Below, one piece after another: positions 1 through 18,895 of a DNA stretch of 64,000 nucleotides (position 1 is the stretch's first letter; each line of letters begins with the position of its first letter). Below the pieces are notes generated by a model. That model saw nothing but the letters and a program-made list of their open reading frames with translations. It was not told the origin of the DNA and made no database searches. The DNA is taken from the NCBI RefSeq assembly GCF_009914755.1, contig NC_060934.1; one strand, given 5' to 3'. The position numbers were made by a program, and so were the translations under genes. The stretch comes from the human T2T-CHM13v2.0 reference genome, Homo sapiens.

Positions 1-1119
1 CTGATTCTTTTCTCCACTTGATTCATTCTGCTATTGAAAGCCTCTAATGAATTTTCCAGTTCAGCAAATGTATTTCTGTTTTAATATTCCTGTTTGATTT
101 TTTAAAAATTATTTTAATCTCTTTGTTAAATTTCCCTGATAACTGTCTGAATTGCTTCTCTGTGTTATCTCGAAGATCACTGCATTTCCTTAAAACTGCT
201 ATTTCAAATTCCTGGTCAGATACCTCACAAATTGTTGTTTCATTAGGGTTAGTCATCAGTTCCTTACTTTGTCCATTCAGGGATGTCATGGGCCCCTGTT
301 TGCTGTTGTTCCTTATGGATATAAATCTATGTCTTGCATTGAATGATTATTTATTTATTCCAGTGTTCTCTATCTGGCTTTTTAAAATTTTATTAAATAT
401 GTCAGCATAGAGAGTCTTTGTAATTTACCTGTTGAATTTTTTTCACAAGGTCTCTGCCTCCTTGTTGGCCTCTGATGGTGCCTTAAGCCCAGGTTTGCCT
501 CAGCTCTAGTAAACAATCAGCATGATGCTAATCTCAAATGGGGGAGCACCCAGAGGGAATATCCCAGCTGTGTGGGGAGACTAACTAGGAGTTCATGCCT
601 AGGAGAACTCCTACAGCATGGTGCTGCTGAACAGCCACTCTGACTTGGCATCTCCTTTGCACAAGTTACAGAACAGAGTTTCCAGGGCTGGGAATGGTAG
701 TCCTATATCCCCCATTGTTCTGGGTGACCTTAGGGGTATTTCTCACCTCAGACACTTGCAATTCTTCCCATGGGTTGAAGTAGAGACAGGTCACCTGCCA
801 GGGAACCCAAAATAATGAGGAAACTAATTGCCCAACTTGACCTCACTTATTCCAGTGTAGAAACTGTGAGTCAGGGGAAATTTTCCACATGGTTAGTGCT
901 GGGCAGACTGAGGTGAGAGGCATTGTGGATGTGTAAGTTTGATTCTTTTATCATCTTCTCAGTTTTTTCACTTCTCTGTGGCCCCAAGAAGAGTCTCATT
1001 CTCATATTTCAGTTCTGATATATGGCTGGTGATAGTCTTGGTACTGTATACTTGTTTTGGGGCTTTTTGTGGGGGTGAGTTGTAAAGCCAGCTTGCTTCT
1101 ATGCCACCATTTTGGAACC
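1..1119 (-). mobile_element. Old L1 (L1M/L1MA-type) 5'UTR plus start of ORF1; continues off the left edge
   Basis: The reverse complement of 1102-1119 is GGTTCCAAAATGGTGGCA, an L1 5' YY1-type start. ORF 44-289 (-) contains ICEVSDQEFEIAVLRK..NTEKQF, resembling the L1 ORF1p N-terminus. Confidence 0.8.
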
Positions 1120-3204
1120 CAATAAGGGAATATTATGAAAACTTTTCTGTCAATAAATTTAACATAGATGAAATTGACAAATTCCTTGAAAGACAGATTA
1201 CCAAAGATCACTCAAAAAGAAATAGATATCCTGAATTGCCTTATATCTATTAAAGGAATTTAATTCCTTCCCATAGAGAAAACTCTAGGTTCAGGTGTCT
1301 TCACTATTGAATTCTACCAGGAATTGATTGACAAAGTAACTTCAATTCTACAGAAAACTCTTGCAGAAAATAGAAGAAGAGAGAATACTTCCTGTCTCAT
1401 TTTATGAGACAAGCATTGCCCTAATACCAAAATCAAAGATAAGAAAGGAAAGCTATAGTCCAATATCTCATATCAATAAAAGGCAAAACACCTTAACAAA
1501 ATACTAGTAAACCAAATCTAGCAATACATGAAAATGAATTATACCATGACTAGTGGAGGTTATCCTAAAAATGCAAAGTTGTTCAGCATTCAAAAAACAA
1601 AGTATTTAACTAGCTCAAAAGACTGAAAAAGAGAAAGAACATTATAGTTACCTAAATGGGTACAGAAAAGGCATTTGAGAAAATTGAACATGCATTCATG
1701 ATGTTAAAAAGCAAACTCTCAGCAAACTGGGGATAAAAGGAAATTTTTTCAACCTGATAAAAGGCATCTATGGAAAAACTAAGCACTAAAATCACACTTA
1801 ATGGTGAAAGGCTGAATGTTTTCCCTAATGTTAAAAAACAGGGCAAGGATTTCCACCCTCACCATTTCTGTTGAGCATTATAATGGAGGTACTAGCCAGT
1901 GCAACCAGGCAAGCAGGCAATAAAAAGAAATAAAAAGCATACAGATTGGAAAGGAAAAATTAAAGCTGTCTTGTTCACAGATAACATGATCACATTTATG
2001 TAGAAAATCCTAAGGGATTGGAAAAAAAGCTATTAGAATTGACGAGAGACATAGTAACAGAATATAAAAATCTATCGTGTTTCTGTATACTAAGAATGAA
2101 CAATTGAGAATTCAAATTTAAAATATTGTTTATAACAGCAACAGTAATATAAAATACTCTGGAATAGATTTAGTAAAATGTGTGCAATTCTTCTACACTA
2201 GAAACTATGATATATTGCTCAAATAAATTAAAGAATACCTCAATGAAAGACATATTATGTTCATGAATCACAAGGGTCAATATTGTTAAAACATCAGTTT
2301 TCTCCACATTTTTCTATCAGTTGCATAAAATCTCAGTCAAAATCCTATCAGGCTTTTGATAGAAATTGAACAATTAAATCCAAATTGTATATGAAAATGC
2401 AAAGACCTTAAAAAGCAAAAAACTTTGAAAAAAGAACAAAGTTAGAGAGCTAATACTATCTGATTTCAAGACATTATAAAGCTACAATAATCAAAACACT
2501 ATACTATAGCCTTAAAAACAGAGAATAGTTAAGTTGACCAGAATAGAAAGTCCAGAAGTGAAACCACACATATATGGATAATTGATTTTTTACTAAGGCA
2601 CAAAGGCAATTCAATGGAAAACTGATAATCTTTTTAGTAAATGATACTGGGACAACTGGATATTCATATGCAAAAAACTTTGATCTATAATTCATGTCAT
2701 ACACAAATTAACTCAAAATGAATTATGCACCTAAAACTGTAAAATCCAAAACTATAGAACATCTAGAAGGAAAGTTAAAAGAAAATCTTTGTTACCTTCA
2801 GTCAGGCAAAGATTTGCTAAAATCTTATGGATCACCAAAAGCATTATCCATAAAAGAATAAATTGACAAATTGAACCTCATGAAAATTTAAAACGTCTTT
2901 TCTTCAAAATATGCACTTAAAAGAATGAATCTTGGAGAAAATCTTTGCAAAGCATATGTATGATAAGGGACTTGTTTCCAGAACATACACAGAGAACTCA
3001 AAATTCCATAATATGAAAAAAATCTGACATAAAATTTGCAAAAGGTATTTGTGAAATTGATATTCCACTAACGAGGAAATCTGGATAGCACATAAGCACA
3101 TGAAAAGATGCTCAACATTATTAGTCATTAGGAAAATGCAAGTTAAAATCACAATTAGGTACCACTACATACTTATTGGAATTATAAATGTTGAAAAGAC
3201 TGAC
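1120..3204 (+). mobile_element. Old L1M (L1MB/MC-like) ORF2 3' half, degenerate
   Basis: A-rich L1 ORF2 motifs (gatgaaattgacaaattccttgaa, tcattttatgagacaagcatt, gaaaagatgctcaacattattagtcattagg). Cut at 3205 by the MST LTR. Confidence 0.85.
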
Positions 3205-3613
3205 TGATATGGTTTTGATGTATATCCCCTCCAAATCTCATGTTGAAATGTAATTTCCAGTGTTGAAGGTGGGGCCTAGTGGGAGGTGTTTGGGTCATGG
3301 GGGCAGATCCCTCATTAATGGCTTAATATCATCCTCACAGTAATGAGTGAGTTCTTGCTCTGTGTTCATGCAAGACCTGGTTGTTTGAGAGTGTGGCACT
3401 TCTCCGTTCTTGCTCCCTCTCTCATCATGTGACATGCCCACTCCTCCTTTGCCTTCTGCCATGATTGGAAGCTTCCTGAGACCTTACCAGAAGCAGATGC
3501 CAGTACCATGCTTCTCATGTAGCCTGTAGAACTGTGAGCCAAAAGAAACCTCTTTTCTTCATAAATTACCCACCCTCAGGTATTCCTTTTGAGTGACCCA
3601 AAATGGCCTAACA
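3205..3613 (+). mobile_element. MaLR LTR, MST family (MSTB-like), 5' LTR
   Basis: Starts TGATATGG. Contains ccaaatctcatgttgaaatgtaat, gggggcagatccctc, ccagaagcagatgcc and ataaattaccc. Ends ctaaca and runs directly into internal sequence. Confidence 0.85.
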
Positions 3614-4858
3614 TAGAAAACTGATACCAAGGAGTAGGGTATTGATATAAAGATACCTGAAGGTGTGGAAGCAGCAGAGGTTGGAATAATTTGGAGGGCT
3701 CAGAAGAAGACAGGAAGGCGAGGAAACTTTTGGAACTTCTTAGAGATTTGTAAGCAGTTATGACCAAAATGCTGATAGTGGTATGGACAGTGAAGTCCAG
3801 GCTGATGGCTTCTCAGATGGAAATGAAGGAATTTATTGGGAACTGGAGTAAAGGTCACACTTGTTATGCCCTAGCAAAGAGCTTGGCTGCCTTGTGTCCA
3901 TGTCCTAGGGCTTTGTAGAAGGCTGAACTTAAGGTATCTGGCAGAACAAATTTCTAAGTAGCAAGGCATTTAAGAAACAATGTGGCTGCTTCTAATAGCC
4001 TACAATCAGATATAAGAGCAAAGAAATGACCTAAGGTTGGAACTTATAATTAAATGGGAAGCAGAGCATAAAAGTTTAGAAAATTTGCAGCCTATGTGAT
4101 AGAGCAAGAAAAGGTGCTTTCAGGAAAGGAATTCAAGCAGCCTGAGGAGCAACCATTTGCTGGAGAGATTTGCATAACTAAAGGCAGCCAAGTGCTAAAG
4201 GTCAAAACAATGGGAAAAGAGCCTTGAAGGAATTTCAGAAATCTCCAAGGCAGCTCTCCCATCACAGGCCAAGAGGCCTAGGAGGAAAAAATGGTTTCAG
4301 GCATTAGGCCTGGGGCCCTGCTGCCCTGCTCAGTCTCAGGAGGCTGCTCCCCACATTCTGGGAGCCCCAGCTCCAGCCATAGCTCAAAGAGCCCCAGATA
4401 AAGCTTGGGCTGCCACTTTGGAGACTGCAAACCACCATGAACCCTGGCGATTTTCACATGGTGTTTAGTTTGCAGGAGCACAGAATGCAAGAGTTAAGGA
4501 GGCTTGGCAGCTTCTCCCTAGATTTCAGAGGATGAACAGGAAAGCCTGGGTGCTCAGACAGAAGCCTGTTGCAGGGGTGGAACCCCCCCACACAGGGCAC
4601 TGACTACTGGAGCTATGGGAAGGGACCTGTCACCTCCAGACCCAGAAGGGTAGAGCCACTGGTAGCTTGCACCCTAAGCCTCAAAAAGCCTAAGGCACTC
4701 AATTCCAACCTTGAGAGCAGCCATAGAGGCTGCACCTGGCCAACTCACCCTTGAAGCCTTGAACTCCTGGGTTTAAGGGATCCTCCTACCTCAGCCTCCT
4801 GAGTAGCTGGGGTTACAGGCATGTGCCAGGCAAGGGGCAGAGCTACCCAAAGCCTTAG
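3614..4858 (+). mobile_element. MST-int (MaLR internal), 3'-truncated, with an Alu fragment at about 4757-4829
   Basis: MaLR-int motifs ggagggctcagaagaagacagg, gggaactggagtaaaggtcac and cctagatttcagaggatg. Confidence 0.8.
4757..4829 (-). mobile_element. Short tail-less Alu/FLAM fragment
   Basis: gccttgaactcctgggtttaagggatcctcctacctcagcctcctgagtagctggggttacaggcatgtgcca matches antisense Alu arm sequence. Confidence 0.75.
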
Positions 4859-6349
4859 AGGTTGGAACAGTTGGGAGAGCTCAGAAGAAGACAGGAAAAT
4901 GTTGGAAGGTTTGGAACTTCCTAGAGACTTGTTAGAATGACTTTGACCAAAATGCTGATAATGATATGGACAATGAAATCCAGGCTAAGGTGGTCTCAGA
5001 TAGAGGTGAGGAACTTGTTGGGAACTGGAGCAAAGGTGACTCTTGTTATGTTTTAGCAAAGAGACTGGCAGCATTTTGCTCCTGCCCTAGAGATTTGTGG
5101 AACTTTGAACTTGAGAGAGATGATTTAGGTTATCTGGCAGAAGAAATTTCTAAGCAGCAAAGCATTCAAGAGGTGACTTGGGTGCTGTTAAAGGCATTCA
5201 GTTTTATAAGGGAAGTAGAGCATAAAAGTTCAGAAAATTTGCAGCCTGACAATGCAATAGAAAAGAAAATCCCATTTTCTGAGGAGAAATTCAAGTCAGC
5301 TGCAGAAATTTGCATAAGTAACGAGGTGCCAAATGTTAATCACCAAGACAATGGCGGAAATGTCTCCAGGCCATGTCAGAGGTCTTCCTGGCAACCCCTT
5401 CCATCACAGGCCTGGAGGCCTAGGAGGAAAAAGTGGTTTCATGAGCCAAGCCCAGGGTCTCTGTGCTGTGTGCAGCCTAGGGACTTGGTGCCCTGAGTCT
5501 CAGCCACTCCAGCCATGCTGAAAGGGGTCAACGTAGAGCTTGGGCCGTGGCTTCAGAGGGTGCAAACCCCAAACCTTCACAACTTCCACATGGTGTTGAC
5601 CCTGCAAGTGCACAGAAGTCAAGAATTGAGGTTTGGGAACCTCTGCTTAGATTTCACAAGTTGTATGGAAATGCCTGGATATCCAGGCTGAAGTTTGTTG
5701 CAGGGGCAGGGCTCTCATGGATGACCTCTGCTAAAGCAGTGCAGAAGGGAAATGTGGGGTCAGAACCCCCACACAGAGTCCCTACTGGGGCACTGCCTAG
5801 TGGAGCTGTGAGAAGAGGGCCACTGTCCTCTAGACCCTAGACTGGTAGATTTACTGACAGCTTGCACCATGCACTTGGAAAAGCCACACTCAATGCCAGC
5901 TCATGTAGGCAGCTGGGAGGGTAGCTGTACCCTGCAAAGCCACTGGGCTGGAGCTGCCCAAGACCATGGGAACCCACCTCTTGCATCAGTATGATCTAGA
6001 TGTGAGACATGGAGTCAAAGGAGATCACTTTGGAGCTTTAAAATTTGTCTACCCTGCTGGAATTCGAACTTGCATGGAGCCTTTATCCCTTTGGCCAATT
6101 TCTCCCATTCAGAATGGTTGTATTTACCCAATGCCTGTATCCCCATTGTATCTAAGAAGTAACTAACTTGCTTTTGATTTTACAGACTCATAGGTAGAAG
6201 GGACTTGCCTTACCTTGTCTCAGATGAGATTTAGGACTGTGGAATATTGAGTTAATGCTGAAATGAATTAAGACTCTGGGGGACTTTTGGGAAGGCATGA
6301 TTGGTTTTGAAATGTGAGGACATGAGATTTGGGAGGAGCCAGGGGCAGA
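4859..6349 (+). mobile_element. THE1-int (MaLR internal) lacking its 5' LTR
   Basis: ORF 4966-5496 (MDNEIQAKVVSD..GNWSKGDSCYVLAKRLAAFC..PRDLWNFELERDDLGYLAEEISKQQS) is the typical THE1-int ORF remnant. Confidence 0.9.
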
Positions 6350-6700
6350 ATGGTTTGGCTGTGTCTCCATCCAAATCTCATCTTGAATCCCCACATGTTG
6401 TGGGAGGGACCCAGTGGGAGGTGATTGATCATGGGGGCAGGTCTTTCCCATGCTGTTCTTGTGATAGTAGATGGGTCTCACAAGATCTGATGGTTCTATA
6501 AGAGGGAGTTTCCCCGCATGAGCTCTCTCTCTTTGCCTGCTGCCATCTATGTAAGACATGACTTGGTCCTCCTTGCTTTCTTCCATGATTGTGAGGCTTC
6601 CCCAGCCACATGGAACTGTAAGTCAATTAAACCTCTTTCTTTTGTAAATTGCCCAGTCTCAGGTATATCTTTATCAGCAGTGTGAAAATGGGCTAATACA
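6350..6700 (+). mobile_element. THE1 (A/B-like) 3' LTR
   Basis: tggtttggctgtgtc..ccaaatctcatcttgaat, ATTAAA at about 6626, ends tttatcagcagtgtgaaaatgggctaataca. Confidence 0.9.
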
Positions 6701-6795
6701 GCTGGAAACAGACATCCCTGGGGAGCCTTTTAAATATTGAAACATGAATCCCATACCAGGGTGTTCTGGGGGCAGACCTGGACATTGGGTATTTA
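6701..6795. mobile_element. MER5-type hAT DNA transposon, left part (split by L1)
   Basis: cctggggagccttttaaatattg..cattgggtattta; the element continues at 13819. Confidence 0.55.
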
Positions 6796-13815
<7,020 letters not shown>

Positions 13816-13818
13816 TAT

Positions 13819-13880
13819 GATACTGGGAATTTAAAAAGCTCCCTTTATAATTCTAATGTGCAGCCACAGCTGAGAACTGT
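13819..13880. mobile_element. MER5-type transposon, right part
   Basis: tttaaaaagctccc..attctaatgtgcagccacagctgagaac matches the MER5 terminus. Confidence 0.65.
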
Positions 13881-13924
13881 TAACGTGGATCATCTATAAA
13901 AACACCTATTCATAGAAAGAATCT

Positions 13925-14130
13925 GCCATTTGCAGAGCACTTACCACGTGTCAGGAGTTCTGCTGGGTATTTTACTTATCTCACCGAATCCTCGTAATAA
14001 CCCTATGACATGGGTACTATGGAGGCTGAGGTGCAGGGTGGTTAGTGACCTGCCCCCAGTCACGCCAGCAGTAAGAAGAAGAGCTGGGATATGAAACCAG
14101 CTGCCTGACTCCAACAGCTCTTTCTACTCC
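13925..14130 (-). mobile_element. MIR SINE
   Basis: gagcacttaccacgtgtcagg, aatcctcgtaataaccctatga and gaggctgagg..agtgacctgccc are antisense MIR motifs. Confidence 0.8.
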
Positions 14131-14569
14131 CTGGCACCGCCGTGTCTTCTGACACTGCAGATCAGAGGCTGGGCTGCCTTACACTGGGTCCTATGGAGGC
14201 TGGGCAGGCCCCTGGCCAGGAGGTCCTGGACAAGAGCTGGGCTCGGCTCCTGACTTTCCAGGGGCCCCACTGAAGGGCTGTGGGCTGTGGAGGCCCTTTC
14301 TCACCTGTCCCTCAGCTCAGAGCCTTCCCGACCCTTCTGTTCCCATCTCTGCTCTTGCTTGAAGCTGCTGAGAAAGCACTGCTGGCCTCTCGGAGGGCTC
14401 TCCTCATTCCATGAAGATGAGGAGCTGCTCCACTGCTCCAGGGATGGCGCAGCTAGAGCTACTTGGTAAGGGCAGACTGGCAAGGGGGAATGGTTTCCCT
14501 GGGTCCTCCGCCCCTGTCACACTTTTGGTCAGGAGAGTTGGACATGACAGGAGATGGGGTTGCTTTCAG

Positions 14570-14715
14570 AGGTGATCATAGAGCTAGCAGGATCCTTAGA
14601 GACTATTTACCCAATGCTTTTATTGTGGGGTTGGAGGAGCCACACCCAGAGAAGCCAAGGAACTATCCCAAGGCTATTCAGAGACCTAGAGGAATGGGAG
14701 TAGCCAAGTTCCCCA
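14570..14715 (-). mobile_element. MIR3/MIRc-like fragment
   Basis: tcatagagctagcaggatccttagagactat..cccagagaag..cccaagg. Confidence 0.5.
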
Positions 14716-15114
14716 GTCACCTGCCCATTCCTGCTAGGACACAGCCTAAGAGACTCCAGCTGCACCTAGCACCCCTGCCAGTGAAAGTTCAGCCAGGAGG
14801 GTTGAGGTGACCTGCTCAGGGTCTCTGAGCAGGCTGGAGCAGCGGGCTGAGGGCTCTGCGATGGGGGCAGCTGCTCCAGGAAGGCTGAAGGGCTGCTCCA
14901 CCCTGGTTCACCCTCCTTTTCAGGGGCCTTGATTGAGGCATGTGGTTCCCTTGGAAACAGACTGGCTTGTCACCTGGGGTCAGCAGCACTTAATCTGCAG
15001 TTACTGCAATTTTTATTCTAGTGGGGGAGGGGATTCCAAACTCCCCCTTTACATTCCTCCACCACCTCCTACACCCATTGCTTCATGAAAGCAGATATCC
15101 CCTCATTCTGTTTC

Positions 15115-15165
15115 CGTGTGCGCACGTGTGTGCTTACGTGCACACATGTGTATACACACATACGA
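15115..15165. repeat. Alternating purine-pyrimidine (TG/CA/CG) low-complexity tract
   Basis: gtgtgcgcacgtgtgtgcttacgtgcacacatgtgtatacacacatacg. Confidence 0.8.
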
Positions 15166-15734
15166 GTCTCCCAAGCTCAGAGAGCTTTTAATGACTCTGT
15201 TTTCTAACCCCCAACTGAAATGGAACAATCATGTCCTTACCAATTCTTTGTGGCCCAAGTTTTCCCAAGAACCAGAAATGGAACACCGTTTTCTTTCAAA
15301 TGCTATCTCCATAGCATTACAATCAGATTAGGAGTGGGATGGAGAAAACAGGCCAGATAATACATTTTCCTTGCCCTTCCACCTCCTGAAAGACTTAAAC
15401 CTGTGCAAGGACAGTCAAGGGTATGTTGAGGCATTACTTTGGACACACTGATGGTTTAAATCTGTATTATAATTCATCAGCATACACATCGCTCCTGGTG
15501 TGATTTACACCCTTTGAGGGCTGGCTTCCTGTCTGATTCCCTGCTGTGGCTCCCTAGCACCCTGGGGCCCAGTGGGGTTGTGCTGAATAAAGATCCCTTG
15601 CACTTCAGGAAAACCGAGGTGAACATGTTCAGAGCAAAGACGGATATGGCCCCTCATCCTGTGCTGATGCTGACCTTGGAACACAGCTGCTATCAAGGAA
15701 GACAAGGAGAGGTTCTAACATGTAGACTATGCTT

Positions 15735-16421
15735 TGAAACCTTAGCCTTTATAAAACTATGACAGTAAGAAAAATCTGACATGGTTGACTCCATCTTGCT
15801 TCTAGCCTCACAGGTTGGCTGTCTTTACTCATTCCTGGGTGTGGGCCAAGCTAACTTTGGGAGTAGTTTATAGTTTAAATAATAGTCCTTCCCCAAAACT
15901 AATCTGTTCTTGTAAAACTAATGAAAGGCCAACAGGTTAGGAAAATGAGAGGCACTTGGATTCTAAATAACTACCAGCCATTATTCCGGAGGTCATAAGA
16001 TTTGCAACTTCCCAGTTACTCCTGCAGATAACATCACTATTGTGGAACCCAAGATTGGCCTTTTGAGATGTCTTTTCAAGTTTTTATGTTTCCAACAATC
16101 GGGTGGCCCCACCCAGCAACCAGTCCTGTGGCCCCCATCCAGGAAGTGATTCAGCACAAGAGGACAGCTTCAATTCCCTATGATTTTATCTCCAACCTAA
16201 CAAATAAACATGCCCCCTACCCTAGCCCCCTGCTCACCAAGCTATCTTTGAAAAACCCCTAACCTCTGAGCCTTCAGGGAGATTGATTTCAGCAATAACT
16301 CCGTCTTCTGCACGGTATGATCAGCCTCATGTCTATTAAACTCTCTTTCCTACAATGCCATGGTCTCAGTGAGTAGATTTTGTCTGTGCAGCAGGCAGGA
16401 AGAACCTGTCGGGTGGTTACA
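15735..16421 (+). mobile_element. Solo ERV1 LTR, LTR8-family-like
   Basis: TG...CA termini (tgaaacc..ggttaca), gactccatcttgcttct, ATTAAA at about 16335, and a 4-bp TSD-like gctt/gatt. Confidence 0.85.
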
Positions 16422-16916
16422 GATTTACTAAGGACCCAGGCAGAGGCTGGAAAGAGAGACACAATCAACACCGAGAGGCAAAAGGGCCAAAATGGATGTG
16501 TAGTTTGCAGGCTGGCACCCGGAATGAGGATAAATTATGGAGAAAAAGCTCCACTAAAAAAATAACAAAATAACAGCCACAAAGGGACTTTTAACCACAT
16601 GCAGACTGGAAGGTCTTGATGGTGCAGAGTGAAACCGGGACAGAGAAAGCAGAACCCTCAAATCCTGTCTTGCATCCTTCTTTAATAAAGAGAATAGACG
16701 AAACCTGCAGGGCTTTTGGTGAGCACCTGAATGGCGGGGAGGACAAGACACATGATGAAATAAATGCATGCATTTGATTAAAGAAATCAAAGCCATATGC
16801 AAAGATATTTTTAAAGAATCAAAATTTCCCCCCTCCCCAAACCCCAGTCCTATTCTTCAGAGGTATTTGCATTTCTTATATATCTTTCAAGATATATATT
16901 TTTATAAATCCATAGC

Positions 16917-16947
16917 ATGCACACACACAGACACACACACACACACA
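16917..16947. repeat. Imperfect (CA)n microsatellite
   Basis: gcacacacacagacacacacacacacaca. Confidence 0.85.
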
Positions 16948-17356
16948 GCCATATTGCCAGGCTGTTTTGTAGCTTTTTTCCACCAAATGTGTCGGAGCTC
17001 TTTTTATATAAGCGCAGGTAAGTCTATTTCATTCTTTCTAGTGGCTAATGCTAGTTCAGTTAACAGGTAAGCCAGTGTGACCAGCCACCTAGTGACTAAT
17101 GTTTAATTTGTTTCTAATGCTTTCTCAATCTTGCAATGAATATCCTAGTACATATATATTTGTGTTATGTGATCAGATCCCTAAATGCAAAGGCACAGGC
17201 ATTTAAATTTTTGATCAATATTATTAAACTACACTTCAAATATAGCAATTTACACATTCAACAACCATATAGGCAAGTGCCCCTGTCTCCATATCCTTGC
17301 CAGCATTAAGTTTTATCAGATTTTAATTTTTGCTAATCTGATGATCTACAGATTAA

Positions 17357-17780
<424 letters not shown>

Positions 17781-17989
17781 GATTTTTAAGATCTGTTTTT
17801 ATGATAGAAAAATTAATCACTTGTCATATTTGAAGCAAACATTTTTATAACTATGTTTTATTTTGGAGAGGCATTTTTTCCATCAATGTGTTTAAAGTTG
17901 TTTGTGGAGCCAAACACAATGTTTTTTTTTCTTTTTGTTTGCCAGACAGCTAGCTGCTTTAAACAAGTTTGCTTCTTAGTATGAATAAG

Positions 17990-18895
17990 CTATCTTTGAA
18001 GCTTTGGGAAGAACTAGCAGACATGTTTGCAGAACCTGAAACAACAATGCTTGAAAAAACATGGAAAACAAAAGGGGCAAAAGGAGGTCAATGAATGTCC
18101 CAGTTTTCCAAAAAAGAGAAAGATAGATTCCAGAAATGTCAGGCAAGTTAATTTTATGCTAGTTCTGAGTAAAACTGTAGAACTGATCACTAAGCTGGTA
18201 GTTCAAGAACAACGACCAAAGGGCATGTGGGCACCAGGAGGAAGTCATGCCAAACCCACTCAGTCCCCATTTTTGTTAAGGTCACTGGACACATAAATCA
18301 GAAGATTGCTATACATCCAGAATTTCTGGGTTTCAGCAGGGTGTTTGATAAAGTCTTTCAAGATTTTCCTGTGGACAAGGATGTTAGCTAGATCCATAGC
18401 TGGTTGAACAACCATGTCCAAAGAGACCTAATGAATGAATCAATATGAAATTGGAGGGTTCTCTAGAGATGACAGGGCTCTCTATGAACTTGACCAGGTC
18501 TTGTTTAATGTTTTCATCAGTGGCTTGAATAAAGGCACAGAAGGCCACTTATCAGATTTACAGAGGACACAAGGGTGGGAGTGAAAAAGCTCATATGGTG
18601 GCATGCTGGAATCAAGATACAAAAAAATTTCGACAGCTTGAAACAGGGTTAAGAAGGGTAAATGTAAAATCCTGCACTTTTCTGGGGGAAAGAATGTGAA
18701 TAAGCAGAGCTTGGGAGAGATAACGAGTTAAAAGCAGTAATTTATGCGGAAAAATACATGCCAATTCAAGATGTGCCTGGTTGCCAAGGAAAAGTCTTAG
18801 GTCCCAAGAGGGATTGGTTCCACTCCGCTCCGTCCTGCTGTCATCATGAGGAAAAGCCCGATGTTCACCTGGAGAGGACTCCAGGGGATGTGACA
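17990..18895 (+). mobile_element. CR1/L3 LINE reverse-transcriptase remnant
   Basis: Translation ELADMFAEP.. and P.F.KKRKIDSRNVRQVNFMLVLSKTVELITK resembles the CR1 RT motif PIFKKGKK.DPGNYRPVSLTS.PGKILE. Also tttcagcagggtgtttgataaagtc (DFSKAFDKV-like). Confidence 0.8.

Noticed and set aside
1100-1140. Back-to-back L1 segments suggesting a twin-priming inversion
   Set aside because: The left piece ends in an authentic L1 5' terminus, so an independent nested insertion is the simpler explanation.
4966-5496. 176-aa ORF
   Set aside because: Standard THE1-int ORF remnant, not a host gene.
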